A stretch of DNA of 64,000 nucleotides, from assembly GCF_009914755.1 (NCBI RefSeq), contig NC_060935.1; one strand, given 5' to 3'. The notes below the pieces were generated by a model, which did no database searches, was not told where the DNA came from, and worked only from the letters and a program-made list of their open reading frames with translations. Below are positions 57,279-64,000 of this stretch, piece by piece. The translations under genes and the position numbers were made by a program. The stretch is from the human T2T-CHM13v2.0 reference genome, Homo sapiens. Each line of letters opens with the position of its first letter. The first letter of the stretch is position 1.

Positions 57279-59933
57279 TGCCAAGTATCAGATTGAGGGC
57301 TTATGGAACCTGGTCACTCCCTGGCTGCTTCACTCAGGAAAGGGAACTAAAACCAGAATACACTAAGAAGTTTCTAGTTTGTGTGCCAAAACAGAAGCTT
57401 CTCCAAGCATGATGGCCACAGGTCAGTCCTCTTTCTGTGCCTGGCATATCTGGTACTTAAAATTCTGTCCAAATGTAGACCATGGGTTCATCTGGAGTTC
57501 CTTGTCCGTGGGAACACAGTGTTCTATTCTACTCTGAGGACAACAAACCGAAGGCCTTAAACGATGGGGATGGATGATCCCGCCTCTGTAGGGGCATGGC
57601 TGCTATTATCTGGAAATTAGGAATTGGATGCATCATTCCTGTGTGTTACAGTATTATTTTAATTGGCCTCAATGGTTGCAGCAATCAGAGTCCCAGCGTT
57701 TGTACTCACAGACAAGGCAAAGGTACCAGCTTTTCTGTTTCTTTGAACCTACTGCAAACCAAGAATAACTCATGAGGTGGTACCAAAGATGAAAGCCCAG
57801 ACTTCAGTAATCTTTTGAACCAGACGTGGATGGTGCTGAATTGTTGCTTGGATGGAAAAAGGGCTGCCCATGTTGTGCTACACTATGCTAAAACTGTAAT
57901 TTAGTAAGACCTTGGGCTGCCTCTTCTGTCTTAACTGGTTCTGCAGCTTGTCCTTTTGCCCACATAGGGCCTATTTCATGTACTGTTAGTTTTCTCTGGG
58001 GACTCTTTAACTTTAGAGCCATTTCTTTTTCTTCAAACTGATGAACTTTTGTTTGAAAGGCATAAGGAGTGAAAAGCTCCTTGAAAATCCAGGCGGGTAT
58101 GGAAAGGTGCTGCTACCCATATCTTTTTGACTTTCTTTGTTTCATGACTTTAACTCATGGCATCTCCTTTGTAGTAAAAGGAGACAGACCATTAATTTCA
58201 GCATTTCTTTGTGATTTATAAGTACTGAGCATGAAGTACTTGTCTGCCCCTCATTTCAAGGCCAGAGTTATTTTCTATTTATGTATTAGTCTAGGCTGAT
58301 CTTTTAGGGCACAATAGAAACCATGGGGCGTGGAGCATGAGTTGTGAATGGCAGGGATCATTCTGGGTAAAAAAAACCTAGAATCATTTCTGATGTGCAA
58401 CATTGTCAAGTGAAGAAGCTAACAGTTCAACTACCGAGATTATTTGATAACCTGGGTTTTCTCATTCATCCATCAAGCACCATCAACCAGTCAGCCATTA
58501 TTATTTATATATGTATTACCAAAAGCAGTCTATCTGCCTGTGACCTCCAATGTACACTGCCAAACACAAGAGTAGGACACATCTGTTCTGGGTTCTTGAC
58601 CTATCTGTCTCCAATTCATCTCCCCTTTTCAGCCATTTCAACAAACTACTCTTTGGAGCTCTGAGATGACATCTTGTTGTTTTATATAGATGTATCTTTT
58701 AAAAATAGTTCACGTTTGGAGAATTCTTTTGTACTCATTTGCTTTTTGTCTGAGAACCATGTCTATTTTTATAACTGGAGTGTGAGTTCTGTATCTTCTC
58801 ACATTCTGTATACTGTATCCATTTTCTAGAGAACCCAGTAGCTTTTATACAGTCTCTTCTTACCACCCCTTGTGGTTTCAGAACAAGCTTTATTTTATTA
58901 CGAGTATATTAATGACAACTAATTCCTGTTCCAATTCTACCTGTTTTAGTTGTGAAGGTAGTTTTGTGTAATCCAGTTGATTGCTCCTCTGGCAGAGAGA
59001 AGGAGCTCAAAAGATACTTGATGTCTTTCATGTAAGTTTACCTGGTCTTTTCCTATTGAAGAATTTTTCATCAGAAACGACTGGGAAAGTTTGGGAAAGT
59101 CAGCAAAAGAAAGAATGCATTTCGAAAGCAAACAGAAGAAAAAAGTATATTCTCACAGTTTTTCCCCAGGAAGTCTGGAGAAAAAGTCCTCATGTCACCA
59201 ATTTCTCTGTTGCATGAATTTTAGTGTTTTGCTATAAGACAGCATGAGGGCTATCAGGCCAAAATTCATTATTGTATTTCCAATACAGTTTGTCTTGAAT
59301 GTCTGTCTCTTAAACCAGTTTTTACTTGTCAGTTTTCTCTCAGCAAACAGTCTTACTATTATGTGGAATTTAACTTTTCAGAGAAAATTTCCAAAGTCCT
59401 CTACCTTATTTGGCTTTTATCTGTGTCTTTTGGAAAAGGAGCTGCATGGCCTCAGTGCCTCCATAAAAAGCTTAAGTTGAGTTCATGGGAGAACATTAAG
59501 ATCGTTTTTTTTCCCTTTTAGCTCGGTAATCTCATGTACCACAGGTAATGACCAAGCATCTCTGCTAGAGGATGTAACTCTCATAACTCCTGTGTAAAAT
59601 GAGGATCCTGTTGGTGATCCTCATTCCAGTTTCCAAAGCGAGAGGAGCCTTCTGAGCAGAAGTATGCAAGACTGATTCTGTTTGGAACAGTTTCCTATTT
59701 GGCTGCATTCTAGGAGGCCTCCTGACTTATTCATAGTATTGTCGCCTGGTGGCATTGGTGTGGGGTAGCTTGTCCTGCTACTTGCTAAAGTTCTCTTTCT
59801 TTGAGAAAACTGAGGAACCAGAATGCTTAGAGTTCATAAAATAATCTCTAAACCATGTTAGGTTAAAACAAAATGACCATCTCACAAAAACGAGTTTAGT
59901 TGAATGCTCAATTCCTTACAAAATCTTCATTTA

Positions 59934-60239
<306 letters not shown>

Positions 60240-60801
60240 GTCATTTAAAAACTGAAGAATGTTCTCTTCTTGCTCAGTTCCCTAAATTAGCTGGGGGGAT
60301 TGGGATACTTTACAATTTTTACATTTTTAAATTTGAAGAATTTGTTTTAAACTTACTTGGTAATGGCACTTCTACTTACTGACCAACTTTTCAGCTCTTT
60401 TTGACCAGGATGGTTGCAAATTAGGGAAAATATCTTTATACTATACATCCAATTCAAGAGGACTTTAATTACTTAAAAGCATTTAGGTCATAATTAAAAT
60501 TATTTTCACTGTTTCCATAAAATAAGCATTATGATTGCACACTCCTTCTACTGTCTGAATTTATGTAAGAGGTATAGCTTGCTTAAAATACATATATATG
60601 TAAAGTTATATTTTCTTAGAAACATGGATGTTTACAGCCATTGCTTTCAAAGAGATTATTACTGTGTATTCTCCCTGTTTTACAATATGTTTTCATGAAG
60701 ACTATGTTACACCAGAGGCTTCTGATTATCAAAGTGATAACCAGTTTTAACTGCCGGTATGTACCAGATTTGTGAACTAATTTAAAAAACCACAAACTAT
60801 G

Positions 60802-60875
60802 AATAAAATGGGGTTTGCAAACTAAATATCATTAATGATTTTCACTTGCGTTTACTGATGAGATTAATCAATAAA
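60802..60875 (+). terminator. Tandem polyadenylation signals AATAAA (60802-60807, 60870-60875)
   Basis: Two canonical hexamers in an AT-rich context at the end of the UTR. Confidence 0.7.
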
Positions 60876-61802
60876 GCCATTTACATTTAGTGAAAGCAAA
60901 TTTCCTCAAGTGATCTCCCTGGTAGCATGTTTACTCACTATGTGGAGTGGAGATAAGAATTACTTTATTGCTACAGATATTTTACAATTAGTATTTCTAT
61001 GTAAGCACATAGGCTATTATCAAGGACAATTTATTTAGCACTTATTTTGAAATTATATGTAAACATGCAAACAAATAAGAACCCAAGAGTATAAACTCTA
61101 TGACAAAAGTCAGTATGCAAGCATTAAGAACTCTTTCAGAAATGTGTATTTAAAATGACCAGAATTCCCAGATCATTTGAAAGCTGCCTCTTAAATGCCT
61201 CTTATCAATTCATCTTAAATGTTTGCTATATTAAATTCTTTATCCCTGAGTGCCTTCATTTGACTTCCAATTACGTATTTTCAACTATTAATTGGCTATC
61301 CCATTATGTTAAAATTAAATATGTACATAACTCAAAATCTTTCACTACCAACTAATTTCTGTTTCTCTCAATATCAGTGATATCACCATTCTCTTAAGTA
61401 TCTCTATTTCAAACCTTTGAGTCTTGAGTCTCCTTTTCCATAATTTCCTTTATCCAGTCTGTTTAGTGGAATTCAAGCTTGTTCTCTCAGGACTGATTTG
61501 AGAAACCTAAGCATTCCTAGCCCACCTCTGGGGTAAGCTCGCCATCTCTGGACTGTTTGAGCTATGCATTCCTATAATTTAACTACACTTAAGTCAAAAG
61601 TATATTCAAGACACAAACTCGCTATTCTTTGAAAAATGCAAAACAGGGTTTAAGCAAGCATACCTAAGTGCACAACAGATCCGGAAGATCACCTCATACT
61701 TTATACCAAAGTCTAATTTAGATCCAGTTATTAAGTTCAAATGCAGCAAAAGCAGCAAGATATTTTAGCCAACTCAAAAACATTTTTATAATAATTTATA
61801 AG

Positions 61803-62514
<712 letters not shown>

Positions 62515-63049
62515 AAATCTTGTTTTAAGTTTCTTCCCTCCAACTTCCTCTTGCGTTCTTGGTGTTCTCTAACCATCTCTACAGGGGGGAGGTGGTGATA
62601 CACAGCACATGCTTCCTCCTTATCTAATGTCACCTTCAGTTCAGAAACGATATGTTTTCTAATTAAAAGACAACTTTACAAGAGAAGCGTGCCTAACAAA
62701 ATGTGTAGATGACTTTTTATTCATTGATTCAAAAGACATACATTCAGCCCCCGCTATTTACTGGATATTAAGCTCTGGGGCTACATGGAAGGACCACGCA
62801 GACACTCTTCATGCCTTCAACGGCTTACAGTTAAGTTTTTCAAACATTTGAAACATAACGAAGCTTTTGGTTACTTAAAAGAATTCTATGGTATTAGGGA
62901 GCAACACCTGTTTTGTAAACCTATATCTTCATACAGGGAATATGCTTAATCTTGCTACAGTATACATGAATGCGGGAATGTATCTTCCTCTGGGCTGCCT
63001 TTCGTTACCACTTGGCTGGGTGGAACACCTGTTCACTCCACTTTCCACT

Positions 63050-63999
<950 letters not shown>

Positions 64000-64000
64000 C

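Overview
Human (primate) genomic DNA, recognised from the translated exons as the DIXDC1-DLAT locus (11q23.1). The + strand carries DIXDC1 coding exons 2-20 (2791-57278). Exon 1 lies upstream of the window. All introns are GT-AG and the phases are consistent: 1992 nt here plus the 60-nt exon 1 gives the 683-aa CH/coiled-coil/DIX protein. An internal CpG-island promoter provides an alternative first exon (MGGTQVKC..., 472-aa CH-less isoform), and the 3' UTR is about 3.6 kb. The window ends in the DLAT CpG island and coding exon 1 (63715-63993, mitochondrial presequence). Introns hold about 39 Alu elements or fragments, a near-full-length dead L1PA6-like element nested in older L1M sequence in the 20.5-kb intron 17, an L1PA16-like fragment, L2, MIR, MER33-like and two MaLR solo LTRs. 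Almost every ORF in the supplied track is a repeat-derived or chance ORF. I found no convincing new gene or system. The best leads are: a candidate 6-nt microexon or alternative acceptor before exon 10; intronic polyadenylation just upstream of the internal promoter; a uORF cluster in the short-isoform leader; an Alu/L1 fusion junction with about 2 kb missing; a zero-spacer inverted Alu pair; and a young AluY arm nested in register inside an AluSc. Repeat subfamily calls are from memory of consensus sequences, and repeat boundaries are approximate.
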